From Candidatus Nomurabacteria bacterium (GTDB lineage Bacteria > Patescibacteriota > Minisyncoccia > Phycocordibacterales > UBA918), in assembly GCA_020632015.1 (NCBI GenBank), contig JACKGI010000001.1, positions 87,574-151,573 of the forward strand: DNA of 64,000 bases, read 5' to 3'. Position numbers and translations under genes: made by a program. The notes beneath the pieces are model-generated. The model was given only the letters and a program-made list of their open reading frames with translations, had not been told where the DNA came from and searched no databases. This document shows, in pieces, positions 18,128 to 26,803 of the stretch (position 1 is its first letter; the number at the start of each line of letters is the position of its first letter).

Positions 18128-18391
18128 CATTTCATCAATGTCGTCAAAAGTGTCGTAGTCGACATCTTCAGCGTCTTCTTCCAGTTCTGCCTCCTCTTCG
18201 TCATCATCCTCGTCCTCCTCTTCATCATCATCCTCGTCATCATCGATATGACCAAACCCTTCAGTATCATCTTCCTCCTCATCGTCGGTGTCGCCTGTTA
18301 CTTCATCAAGCAAATCATCATCGAGAGAGGATTCTTCATCATCGATCTCTTCAACCTCCTCGTCTTCGTTTCGAAAGTAAATCATAACCAT
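18125..18391 (-). CDS. hyper-acidic small protein (D/E-rich)
   Basis: MVMIYFRNEDEEVEEIDDEE...DEDDDEEEAELEEDAEDVDYDTFDDIDEM. Last ORF downstream of ruvC, ending at the terminator. The longer track start at 18487 overlaps ruvC and is unlikely. Confidence 0.5.
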   Translation of the reverse strand: MVMIYFRNEDEEVEEIDDEESSLDDDLLDEVTGDTDDEEEDDTEGFGHIDDDEDDDEEEDEDDDEEEAELEEDAEDVDYDTFDDIDEM

Positions 18392-18461
18392 GTCTTTTAC
18401 TAGAGTTTGTATCAAAATAGCGCACTGATAAGGATAATTCAAGAGTGCATTGCCGCAGATT

Positions 18462-18941
18462 TTACTTGTTTCGTCCATAATGTGCAAGACAGGTTATGCC
18501 AACAGCAATCGCATCGTACTCATCGTCAAGGGCATCTTTTGGGGTCTCTGGCAAGAGGCGGGCAACCATGTCAAAAACCGCCTTTTTATCACTTTTTCCA
18601 TAACCAGTAACCGCCACCTTTATTTCTTGAGGTCCAAACTCAAACACTTGGCAATTATTTGTTTGCGCTAGATACAAAATAATACCCCTAGCTTGAGCAA
18701 CACCAATAGCGGTTTTAATATTTTTGTTAAAAAATATTGTCTCTATTCCTAAAGTGTCGGGGGAGTATTTTTTTAAGATTTTTGCAAACTCCTCACCCAA
18801 GAAAACCAACCTTTCGTTTAAGGTTTTTTCTTTATTTGTTTCTATACAACCAGAATAGAGTAGTTTTTCCTTTCCTTCAGAGTATTCTAAAACAGCAATT
18901 CCGAGTCGGTCATATCCAGGGTCGACACTAATAACACGCAT
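18462..18941 (-). CDS. ruvC: Holliday junction endonuclease RuvC
   Basis: MRVISVDPGYDRLGIAVLE carries the catalytic Asp in a RuvC-type N-terminus. 159 aa. Confidence 0.9.
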   Translation of the reverse strand: MRVISVDPGYDRLGIAVLEYSEGKEKLLYSGCIETNKEKTLNERLVFLGEEFAKILKKYSPDTLGIETIFFNKNIKTAIGVAQARGIILYLAQTNNCQVFEFGPQEIKVAVTGYGKSDKKAVFDMVARLLPETPKDALDDEYDAIAVGITCLAHYGRNK

Positions 18942-18945
18942 GATT

Positions 18946-19485
18946 TTATTCAGGTGTGTCTGCTGTTGAGTAGACGTTGGTTACATCATCTTGGTCTTCT
19001 AGTTTTTCAATAAAGTCAGCTAATTTTTCTCCTGTTTCATCATCTAGCTCCATCGGATTGTTTGGTATATATCCTTCTGATGTTTTGGTAAATGCCCAAG
19101 CTGCAGATCCGGGTACACCCAACTCTAAACCAGCTTTTGAAAAGACGTGTCTAATTTCTGGAGCAGTTCGGTTGTTGTTGTCTGTCACCGCTTCGATAAT
19201 TAAAGCAACTCCTCCCGGACCATAACCCTCAAAAGTAACTTCTTCTAATGAGGCGCCACCAGCTCCACTTCCTTTAGCTAGAGCTCTCTCGATAACATCT
19301 TTAGGCATAGAGTCTTTTTTGGCACGCTCAATTAAAGCCAAAACACTTGCGGAATTTGTATCACCGCCCGATTTTTTCACTTCCATAGTTATCAAAGAAG
19401 AGTGTTTAGAAAAGATCTTACTTCTTTGTGCGTCAGTCGCTCCTTTTTTGTGCTTAATTTTTGACCACTTATTATGTCCAGACAT
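18946..19485 (-). CDS. yebC: YebC/PmpR-family protein (short form)
   Basis: MSGHNKWSKIKHKKGATDAQRSKIFSK and EGYGPGGVALIIEAVTDNNNRT. At 179 aa it is shorter than the usual ~240. Confidence 0.85.
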   Translation of the reverse strand: MSGHNKWSKIKHKKGATDAQRSKIFSKHSSLITMEVKKSGGDTNSASVLALIERAKKDSMPKDVIERALAKGSGAGGASLEEVTFEGYGPGGVALIIEAVTDNNNRTAPEIRHVFSKAGLELGVPGSAAWAFTKTSEGYIPNNPMELDDETGEKLADFIEKLEDQDDVTNVYSTADTPE

Positions 19486-19515
19486 ATCAATTATTATCTA
19501 TAGTTAGTAAATACT

Positions 19516-20514
19516 TTATAACAAATTTTCTTCAATGTGTTTATAGGCTTCGGCGCTAGCTACTCGACCACGTGGAGTCCGTTCTAGTAGCCCATGTCTA
19601 ATTAAATAGGGCTCAATAACATCTTCTATTGTTGAAGGTTCTTCACCAGTGGCTGCAGCGATGGTGTTTAGGCCAACAGGACCACCTTTGAATTTCTGAA
19701 TAATTACTTCTAACACAGCACGATCTGGCTTACCAAGACCAATGTCATCAATCTCAAGTAAATTAAAGGTTTGGTCTATGATTTCATTATTTAGTTCACC
19801 GCCTTCAAGTTGGGCAAGGTCACGACATCTTTTTAGTAGGTAGTTGGCGGTTCTTGGGGTGGCACGACAACGTTTGGCAATACTATCCAAAATCTCATCA
19901 GTGGTTTTTACACCAAGTAAAATTGCTGAACGTTTTAATATTGTAGCTATTTCCTCATCACTATAGAAATCGAGTCTAAAAGTTCCACCTGAAAAACGAG
20001 ACCGAAGTGGAGAGGAGAGGAGAGAAATACGGGTGGTGGCAGCCACCATAGTGAAGGGAGGGAGTTCCAGTTGAACAGTTCTAGCTGACGGTCCTTTGCC
20101 GATAATAATATCTAATACTCCGGATTCCATAGCGGGGTAGAGTACTTCCTCAATACTCTTTGAAAGCCGATGAATTTCATCAATAAAAAGCACGTCACCA
20201 GGAGACAGGTTGGTAAGAATAGCCGCTAGGTCACCAACTCTTTCTATGGCTGGGCCAGAGGTTATTTTCATATTAGTACCAAGAGTTTTTGATACTAAGT
20301 TAGCCAAAGTAGTCTTCCCAAGCCCTGGTGGTCCATACAAAAGAATATGTTCCGCAGCGTGTCCACGTTCTCGTGCTGCGGTTAGTAAAATACGTAGGTT
20401 TTCTTTGGTTTTTGCCTGTCCAATATACTCTTCCCAAGTCTGGGGGCGAAGGGTTTTATCTAGACCATTGGCCTCATCGCGAGTGATTTCTTTTTTTTCT
20501 TCAGAAGCTGACAT
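19516..20514 (-). CDS. ruvB: Holliday junction helicase RuvB
   Basis: Walker A GPPGLGKTT and Walker B LFIDEIHR. ATG at 20514 (MSASEE) is preferred over the TTG at 20532. TGtTATACT (-10 at 20523-20528) lies 8 nt upstream. Confidence 0.93.
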   Translation of the reverse strand: MSASEEKKEITRDEANGLDKTLRPQTWEEYIGQAKTKENLRILLTAARERGHAAEHILLYGPPGLGKTTLANLVSKTLGTNMKITSGPAIERVGDLAAILTNLSPGDVLFIDEIHRLSKSIEEVLYPAMESGVLDIIIGKGPSARTVQLELPPFTMVAATTRISLLSSPLRSRFSGGTFRLDFYSDEEIATILKRSAILLGVKTTDEILDSIAKRCRATPRTANYLLKRCRDLAQLEGGELNNEIIDQTFNLLEIDDIGLGKPDRAVLEVIIQKFKGGPVGLNTIAAATGEEPSTIEDVIEPYLIRHGLLERTPRGRVASAEAYKHIEENLL

Positions 20515-20530
20515 AGATAAGTAGTATAAC

Positions 20531-20559
20531 AAAAAACACCCAAATAAGATGTAGGTGTT
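20531..20559 (-). terminator. terminator-like hairpin just upstream of the ruvB promoter
   Basis: Minus-strand aacacctacatcttatttgggtgtttttt: a 6-bp stem and a T6 tract. Confidence 0.4.
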
Positions 20560-20639
20560 GACAAATTTTTAATCTATGCTAGTATATCCAGTAATAGATT
20601 GTTCTCCAGTGCTCCCGCAAGGGAAGCTAATTTTTTTGA

Positions 20640-20792
20640 AATCAATTCCAGACGATAACTCTCTAAGCAACTTGGGTACGTTGCGAGGTGTTTTTGGCGC
20701 TCACCCTAGAGTGAGAATGCTGAAAACTTTCTTAGCGCGGTATCCACTTTCAATGCGGAAGCCTTGCTTAGAGAGTTATATTCTGGAATGAA
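20640..20792. ncRNA. candidate structured RNA (rod-like, strand unresolved)
   Basis: attccagacgataactctctaagcaa (20645-20670) pairs with ttgcttagagagttatattctggaat (20765-20790), giving about 24 bp. Internal helices are gggtac/gtatcc and ctcac/gtgag. TTGACA-16 nt-TAGTAT sits on the plus strand at 20558-20585. Confidence 0.35.
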
Positions 20793-20869
20793 CCCCTCAA
20801 CAAACTGACAGTATCACAGTTTTCTAAAAAACAGTCTTGACCAAAAATCATTTAGCTACCGGAATGTGA

Positions 20870-22597
20870 TTAAACAATGTGAGATTCAAAATCTGCACTC
20901 CCACCACTATTGATAACAGTGTCTTGTTCGATTTTGTGGGGAAACTCAATCACTCTCTCGAGTTCTGGTATGGAAGTTATGCCACTCAATACTTTATCAA
21001 GCCCATCCTGTAACAAGGTTGGGATTTTTTGTGCTTTAGCAACTTCTTCGATGGCGGTTTCTCTCGGGTCTCTAACTACTACCTCTTCTACAGCTTCATC
21101 CATAACAACACCTTCGTATACCCCAACTCGTCCCTTAAAACCAGTGCCAGCACAAACAGGACAACCAACAGCCCTAAAGAGGGTAGTTGGGGTAGAGATT
21201 GTTTTTGGATAGGGGTGCTCAGACATAACCTCCTTAATAAAATTAAGTTCATTTTCACTGGCCTGATAAGGAGACTTACATTTGTTGCAAAGAACTCTAA
21301 CCAACCTCTGTCCAATAATTATATTTATAGAAGCACCCATAACTTGTGGGTTAACACCAAGGTCTATTAGTCTAGTGAACCCAGCAATCGCGCTATTGGT
21401 GTGCAGGGTACTAAAAACCAAGTGTCCTGTTTGGGCGGCGTGTAAAGCAGTTTCAGCCACTTCCTTGTCGCGGATTTCACCCACCATAATTACATCGGGG
21501 TCTTGGCGAAGAATAGCGCGAAGACCTTGGGCAAATGTGTAACCATCATCTGTTTGGGTGTGAATAATTCCATCAAGTTTATACTCCACCGGATTTTCAA
21601 TAGTGATTATCTTTTTACCTTCATCATTTATTTCACGCAAAAAAGAGTATAGGGCGGTTGTTTTACCAGATCCAGTAGGTCCAGTTGTGATGATGAGTCC
21701 ATTAGGTCTTTTAAGTTGTTCTCGTAGGACCGCTTCTATGTGGGGATTTAAGTCAATCGAGGCCATGTCAAAACTAGCCACTGACGGGTCAAGAAGACGC
21801 ATCACAATTGATTCTCCAACAGCACCAGGAATTACAGAAGAACGAATCTCCACATCTCTGTCTCCAACTTGAAAGGTAAATCTGCCATCTTGGGCTTCGG
21901 CTTTTACATTTAAAATCATTCCAGACAAGAGCTTTAATCGAGACATTAACCTTTTGTGTATATTGGAATCAAGATCAGCAATGTCCTGTAGCACACCGTC
22001 TAATCTATATCGAAGACGAACAGCTTGTTCTTCTGGCTCAATGTGGATGTCTGATGCGTTTAATGAAAGGGCTCCAGCAAAAATGAGTGATATTGTTTCG
22101 GAAATTCGCCCAGAGTTATTATTGGTCACAATTGAACCCAGTCGCTTACTAACGTCTGATTTTTGTTTAATCTCAGCCATTAGTGCAAGGGTTTTTTCTG
22201 TGTCTACAGAAAGAACCCCTTTGGTTTCTGCCGAGGTGCCCACAATATCTTGATATCTTTTCCATCCATGCTCTAGACTAGCAGATGAGCACATGTAGAG
22301 AACTACAATGTATTTTTGTTTTTGTAACCTTTCAAATAATTGTTGAGTGGCGGGTAGATTAGGGTTTTGTACGGCTACAGAAAGAGTCTGCTTGTTTAGT
22401 TGGAAGCCAACAGCATGTGCTCCTCGAGAATCTGATTCAGATATGGCGGCAACAGCATCTGGGTCAATAGTAGTATTTTTTAAATTGATATAAGGAAAAC
22501 CAAGTTGAGGAGCGGTTGATTGTATCAACCGCTCTTCTTCCGCCGCGTGTAACTCTTCCACTCTAGCGTTTGAAAAACTATCATCAAACTTAACCAT
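20870..22597 (-). CDS. pilB: type IV pilus/type II secretion assembly ATPase (PilB/GspE family)
   Basis: Walker A TGPTGSGKTT, a T2SSE N-terminal domain, and the tetracysteine motif CNKC...CPVCAGTGFKGR. Start at MVKFDD (22597); the track extension overlaps tsaE. Confidence 0.9.
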   Translation of the reverse strand: MVKFDDSFSNARVEELHAAEEERLIQSTAPQLGFPYINLKNTTIDPDAVAAISESDSRGAHAVGFQLNKQTLSVAVQNPNLPATQQLFERLQKQKYIVVLYMCSSASLEHGWKRYQDIVGTSAETKGVLSVDTEKTLALMAEIKQKSDVSKRLGSIVTNNNSGRISETISLIFAGALSLNASDIHIEPEEQAVRLRYRLDGVLQDIADLDSNIHKRLMSRLKLLSGMILNVKAEAQDGRFTFQVGDRDVEIRSSVIPGAVGESIVMRLLDPSVASFDMASIDLNPHIEAVLREQLKRPNGLIITTGPTGSGKTTALYSFLREINDEGKKIITIENPVEYKLDGIIHTQTDDGYTFAQGLRAILRQDPDVIMVGEIRDKEVAETALHAAQTGHLVFSTLHTNSAIAGFTRLIDLGVNPQVMGASINIIIGQRLVRVLCNKCKSPYQASENELNFIKEVMSEHPYPKTISTPTTLFRAVGCPVCAGTGFKGRVGVYEGVVMDEAVEEVVVRDPRETAIEEVAKAQKIPTLLQDGLDKVLSGITSIPELERVIEFPHKIEQDTVINSGGSADFESHIV

Positions 22598-22678
22598 AAT
22601 TATTATCATAATAATAACATGTGTGTTTGAGGACGATGGTCTATTTACGGACTCAGATACGATTGCTATAGTGCAAAA

Positions 22679-23122
22679 ATGAATAAAACGTACGTAGTCT
22701 CTCAACCAACAGACTTCAGTGAAGTAATTGATGATATTTTGTTTTCATCTAAAACAGATGACAAGCCATTAATTATTACTCTCGAAGGTGACCTTGGAGC
22801 AGGTAAAACAACTTTTACTCAAGAGTTGGGAAAGAAATTAGGGGTTGCAGAACCTATCACAAGTCCGACTTTTACAATTATGAAGCAATATCCACTTTCT
22901 AGTGACTTGGCTGATTCGTTGGTACATATAGATGCTTATAGAATTGAATCTGAAGAAGAGATTGCACCACTTCATCTCGAAGGTCTGTTTGTGAAAGCCA
23001 AAACTATAATTTGTATTGAATGGCCCAACCACATAGCGTCTATTATTCCTCATGATGCAGTAAAAGTTTCGATTTCTATAAAGGAAAAAGAAGAGAGATT
23101 GGTTGAACTTTCCCAACCTTAA
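22679..23122 (+). CDS. tsaE: tRNA t6A biosynthesis ATPase TsaE
   Basis: GDLGAGKTTFTQ P-loop, 147 aa. TATAGT at 22667-22672 lies 6 nt before the ATG. Confidence 0.85.
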   Translation: MNKTYVVSQPTDFSEVIDDILFSSKTDDKPLIITLEGDLGAGKTTFTQELGKKLGVAEPITSPTFTIMKQYPLSSDLADSLVHIDAYRIESEEEIAPLHLEGLFVKAKTIICIEWPNHIASIIPHDAVKVSISIKEKEERLVELSQP

Positions 23123-23168
23123 GGACAAGGTAGTATCCGTACGTGAAAAAACGTATACTACATAAATT

Positions 23169-25550
23169 ATGGCAAAAACTACCGAATCAACCCTGGTGCT
23201 CTTGGATGCTCATGCCATCTTACACCGCGCATACCATGCGTTGCCTGACTTTTCTTCGCCAACCGGAGAGCCAACCGGAGCGTTGTATGGGGTGACCACA
23301 ATGCTGTTAAAGATAATCGAAGATTTTAAGCCCCAGTACATGGTGGCTTGTTTTGATTTGCCAGAACCAACCTATAGACATGAAGCATACGAAGCATATA
23401 AATCTGGACGGAAAAAAACCGATGAATCATTGATACAACAAATCATTAGATCAAGAGATATTTTTCATGCATTCGGAATTCCTATTATTGAGAAAGCGGG
23501 ATTTGAGGCGGACGATATATTGGGTACAATTGCCCACTTAACCACTGATGAAAAAAACTTAAAAGTAATTATTGCCTCAGGCGATATGGATACTCTACAG
23601 TGTGTCGACAAAAAAAGAGTTCAGGTTTTTACGCTAAAGAAAGGTATCAAAGACACAATTATATATGATGAACAGACTGTTAAAGAACGATATGGATTTG
23701 GTCCTAAACTAGTTCCTGACTATAAAGGTTTGCGAGGAGATCCGTCAGATAATATTCCTGGCATAGCCGGAATCGGTGAGAAAACCGCTACTACTCTAAT
23801 AACCACTTTTGGTTCGTTAGAAAAGATGTATAAAAAACTTGAGAAAGGAGACGAAGCTTTTTTGGAGGTTGGTATAAAACCACGAATAATTAATTTACTT
23901 AAAGAAGGAAAAGAAGATGCCGAGTTTTCTAAAATGTTGGCCACCATTAGGACAGATGCTCTCGATAGTTTTGATGTAAAAGATACGGAATGGAAAGAAC
24001 GGTCAAATTCAGAAGACATAATTAAGTTGTTTACTGAACTCGGTTTCCGTACTGTTACCGATAGAGTTAAAAAATTATTTAATATTACTTTGGTGGATGA
24101 TTCTGCCCTAGCTGCCGAGGTTGATAAAAATGAACTACAAGAAGGTGCAATACTCCTTTGGCTTCTTGAAAGTGAGAGAACGAATGCTGATTATGATGAT
24201 GTGATTGAGTATGGAAGGTCATTTTTAAATACATTTACTTGGGAGGAGACACTAAGTGCGCTAAAAGAAAAAGTAAAAAAAGACGGATTGTGGGATATTT
24301 TTGAAAATATTGAACAACCCTTGATTGAAGTGTTGGTAGAAATGAAAAATAAAGGAATTAGTCTAGACGTTTCATACTTAAAAAAACTATCCAAGAAGTT
24401 ACATATTGAATTAACCAAGCTAGAAAAAAGTATCTACAAACAAGCTGGGGTTGAATTTAATCTAAATTCACCAAAACAACTTGGAGAAGTTTTGTTTGAC
24501 ACACTTGGTCTTAAGCCAAAAAACGCCAAAAAAACTGCGGGTGGACAACGTTCAACCAAAGAATCAGAACTTGAAAAATTGCGAGATGAACACCCAATCA
24601 TTGTTGAGATTTTGCGCTATAGAGAATTACAAAAACTTGTCTCTACATACATAGATAGTTTGCCGGAAACAGTGGGTAAAGATGGTCGGGTACATTCGAC
24701 ACTTTTGCAGACAGGTGCGGCAACTGGGCGCATGGCAAGCAAGGATCCAAACCTACAAAATATTCCTATCCGTACTGAAGAAGGGCGACAAGTTCGAGGA
24801 GCCTTTATTGCGGATGAGGGTTACCAATTGGTTGCTATAGATTATTCTCAAATCGAGTTGCGAATTGCAGCCATTATGTCAGAAGACCCAAAGATGATGG
24901 AAATCTTTAAAAGGGGGGAAGACGTTCACACTGGAGTAGCAGTACGTGTTTTTGGTGTGAAGCCAGAAGAGGTGACAGCAGACATGAGAAGAAAGGCAAA
25001 GGTGATTAATTTTGGAATACTATATGGAATGGGAGTGAACGCTCTTAGGCAAAACTTGGGCGACGACACGCCACGACAAGAAGCTCAAGAATTCTTAAAT
25101 GCTTACTTTCAAACCTTCACTCGACTAGCTGAGTACCTTGAAGAGACGAAAAGTTCTGCTCGGCAAACTGGTTATACAGAAACTCTTATTGGACGAAGGA
25201 GACATTTCCCAGGAATTACCTCAAGTGTGCCATTCATTCGTGCTCAGGCAGAAAGAATGGCTATCAATGCTCCAATTCAAGGAACAGCAGCAGATTGTAT
25301 GCGTATAGCGATGATTCGTACTCATAAGTATATTGAATCACTAAAAAAACCAGATGACGTTCGTATGATAATGCAAGTACACGATGAATTACTTTTTGAG
25401 ATTAAGGACAGTGAAGTTAAAAAGACCGTTCCTGAGCTAGTAAATATTATGGAAAATGTTTTAACAGAAAAAGAAAGTAAGGGAGTGCCACTAGTGGCCG
25501 ACGTAAAAATTGGTAAAAATTGGAACTCAATGGAAGAAACTAAAACATAA
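23169..25550 (+). CDS. polA: DNA polymerase I
   Basis: 5' nuclease N-terminus. Pol motifs DYSQIELRIAA (A), RRKAKVINFGILYGM (B) and QVHDELLFE (C). Confidence 0.93.
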   Translation: MAKTTESTLVLLDAHAILHRAYHALPDFSSPTGEPTGALYGVTTMLLKIIEDFKPQYMVACFDLPEPTYRHEAYEAYKSGRKKTDESLIQQIIRSRDIFHAFGIPIIEKAGFEADDILGTIAHLTTDEKNLKVIIASGDMDTLQCVDKKRVQVFTLKKGIKDTIIYDEQTVKERYGFGPKLVPDYKGLRGDPSDNIPGIAGIGEKTATTLITTFGSLEKMYKKLEKGDEAFLEVGIKPRIINLLKEGKEDAEFSKMLATIRTDALDSFDVKDTEWKERSNSEDIIKLFTELGFRTVTDRVKKLFNITLVDDSALAAEVDKNELQEGAILLWLLESERTNADYDDVIEYGRSFLNTFTWEETLSALKEKVKKDGLWDIFENIEQPLIEVLVEMKNKGISLDVSYLKKLSKKLHIELTKLEKSIYKQAGVEFNLNSPKQLGEVLFDTLGLKPKNAKKTAGGQRSTKESELEKLRDEHPIIVEILRYRELQKLVSTYIDSLPETVGKDGRVHSTLLQTGAATGRMASKDPNLQNIPIRTEEGRQVRGAFIADEGYQLVAIDYSQIELRIAAIMSEDPKMMEIFKRGEDVHTGVAVRVFGVKPEEVTADMRRKAKVINFGILYGMGVNALRQNLGDDTPRQEAQEFLNAYFQTFTRLAEYLEETKSSARQTGYTETLIGRRRHFPGITSSVPFIRAQAERMAINAPIQGTAADCMRIAMIRTHKYIESLKKPDDVRMIMQVHDELLFEIKDSEVKKTVPELVNIMENVLTEKESKGVPLVADVKIGKNWNSMEETKT

Positions 25551-25553
25551 TTT

Positions 25554-26255
25554 ATGTACGTTGTTTTTTATGGCTCAAACAGGGGTGGGGTACGAGATTC
25601 TGCAACCAAATATATAGATAAAAATATACCTAAAGACGCAACCCTTACCACAATAGAAGCTGGGGAATATGCTACAGGAAGGGTGTCAGATTCTCTTGGA
25701 GCAACCTCACTTTTTGGAGGTAGTGAATGGTTTGTTTTTGATAGTCCGTCAGAAAATGCTGACTTTTTTGAGGAGGTAAAAAGTTCATTAAAAGAGATGT
25801 CGGAATCTACAAACACATTTATTATTTTAGAAAACTCTCTACTTGCAGAACCAAAGAAAAAGTTTGGTAAATATGCAACTGAAATGAATGAGTTTTCAGC
25901 AGAGAAATCTGAGCGATTTAATTCATTTGGGTTGGCCGAAGCTCTGGCTGATAAAGATAAACGGAAGCTTTGGGTCTTGCTTCAAGAAGCTAGACTAAAT
26001 GGTCTTCGTGATGAAGAAATTATTGGTATGTTGTGGTGGCAACTAAAGGCTATTAGGTTGGCCTCAAAAACAAGTTCAGCATCAGAAGCCGGAATGAAAG
26101 ATTTTCCTTATAACAAGGCAAAAAAATCTCTAAGTAAATTTTCCGAAGGTGAACCAGAAAAACTCGCCCAATCAATTCTAGAGCTTTATCATGCTGGGCA
26201 TGGTGGAATAAGAGATATGGATATGGCATTGGAGGAGTGGGTGTTGGGGGTGTAA
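25554..26255 (+). CDS. possible DNA polymerase III delta subunit (HolA-like)
   Basis: 233 aa. General HolA-like pattern: YVVFYG, SLFGG..WFVF, WWQLKAIRLA. This is weak, pattern-only evidence. Confidence 0.4.
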   Translation: MYVVFYGSNRGGVRDSATKYIDKNIPKDATLTTIEAGEYATGRVSDSLGATSLFGGSEWFVFDSPSENADFFEEVKSSLKEMSESTNTFIILENSLLAEPKKKFGKYATEMNEFSAEKSERFNSFGLAEALADKDKRKLWVLLQEARLNGLRDEEIIGMLWWQLKAIRLASKTSSASEAGMKDFPYNKAKKSLSKFSEGEPEKLAQSILELYHAGHGGIRDMDMALEEWVLGV

Positions 26256-26462
26256 TAATCATTACTTTGTCGTCACGAGTTACTAACCAGAATCATTCGC
26301 TACGCTCTGATTCTGCTAAGTACTCTCGACCCCGGCTCGCTGTTCGCCGCCTTAGGAAAGGGCGACTCACAACGCTCCGCCTCGGACAGACGCCGCGAGT
26401 GACATTGGTCACTCGCTAAATGAAAACACCAGTCATGTGACTGGTGTTTTCATTTGCGTCTG
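26256..26462 (-). repeat. GC-rich tRNA-3'-flank module E1 (downstream of tRNA-Lys)
   Basis: Hairpin 26421-26455. tcactcgctaaat (26409-26421) is shared with E3. The 36-mer at 26283-26318 is 34/36 identical to E2 (40194-40229) in the same orientation relative to the tRNA. Confidence 0.5.
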
Positions 26463-26535
26463 TCCGCCCTCAAGGGCTCGAACCTTGGACCATCTCCTTA
26501 AAAGGGAGCCGCTCTACCAACTGAGCTAAGGGCGG
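26463..26535 (-). tRNA. tRNA-Lys (anticodon UUU)
   Basis: Hand-folded cloverleaf: acceptor CCGCCCT/AGGGCGG, D arm GCTC..GAGC, anticodon loop CTTTTAA, T arm CAAGG-TTCGAGC-CCTTG. No encoded CCA. Confidence 0.9.
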
Positions 26536-26700
26536 GAATATTTATTATATCCACCATCTTCTTAATTAAGGGGTAGATAGTGCGGGGCACTGTCTACGCT
26601 ACTGAACTAAGACTAAGGGCGGGAATATTTATTATATCCACCATCTTCTTAATTAAGGGGTAGATAGTGCGGGGCACTGTCTACGCTACTGAACTAAGAC
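26526..26700. repeat. 2 x 87-bp perfect tandem repeat covering the tRNA-Lys 5' end and upstream region
   Basis: 26526-26612 equals 26613-26699. Each unit carries the first 10 nt of the tRNA plus TATAAT-containing upstream sequence and a degenerate D-arm-like tail, actgaactaag. Confidence 0.9.
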
Positions 26701-26803
26701 CAGCGGATATCTTTGCGAAGCAAAGTGGGGAAACTATAACATGATGGTTGCTAAAATCAACACTATTGGTTGCAACTCCACCTGCTTCTGCTACTCTTCT
26801 GGC

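Noticed and set aside
18103-18387. 94-aa His/Pro/Arg-rich ORF on the plus strand.
   Set aside because: It is the mirror image of the GA-rich acidic ORF on the minus strand. It starts inside the tyrS terminator and has no plausible expression signals.
20576-20791. 71-aa ORF in the ruvB-pilB spacer.
   Set aside because: It is spanned by the ~24-bp long-range helix and internal hairpins, and it has no initiation signal. The region is better explained as structured RNA.
22598-22705. N-terminal extensions in the ORF track: pilB to 22705, ruvA to 38857, rpsT from 38787, acyP from 47530, SpoU from 26741, the Mur ligase to 28576, GNAT to 45061, 5752-6255, ruvB to 20532, and rnpA to 11068.
   Set aside because: The extensions overlap neighbouring genes, tRNA-derived repeats or promoters. 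Several use non-ATG starts. They also precede the point where the recognisable family N-terminus begins, so internal ATGs with -10 or SD signals were chosen.
26526-26700. Possible CRISPR array (regularly spaced identical repeats).
   Set aside because: There are only two contiguous 87-bp units with no unique spacers between them, and there are no cas genes. It is a simple tandem duplication.
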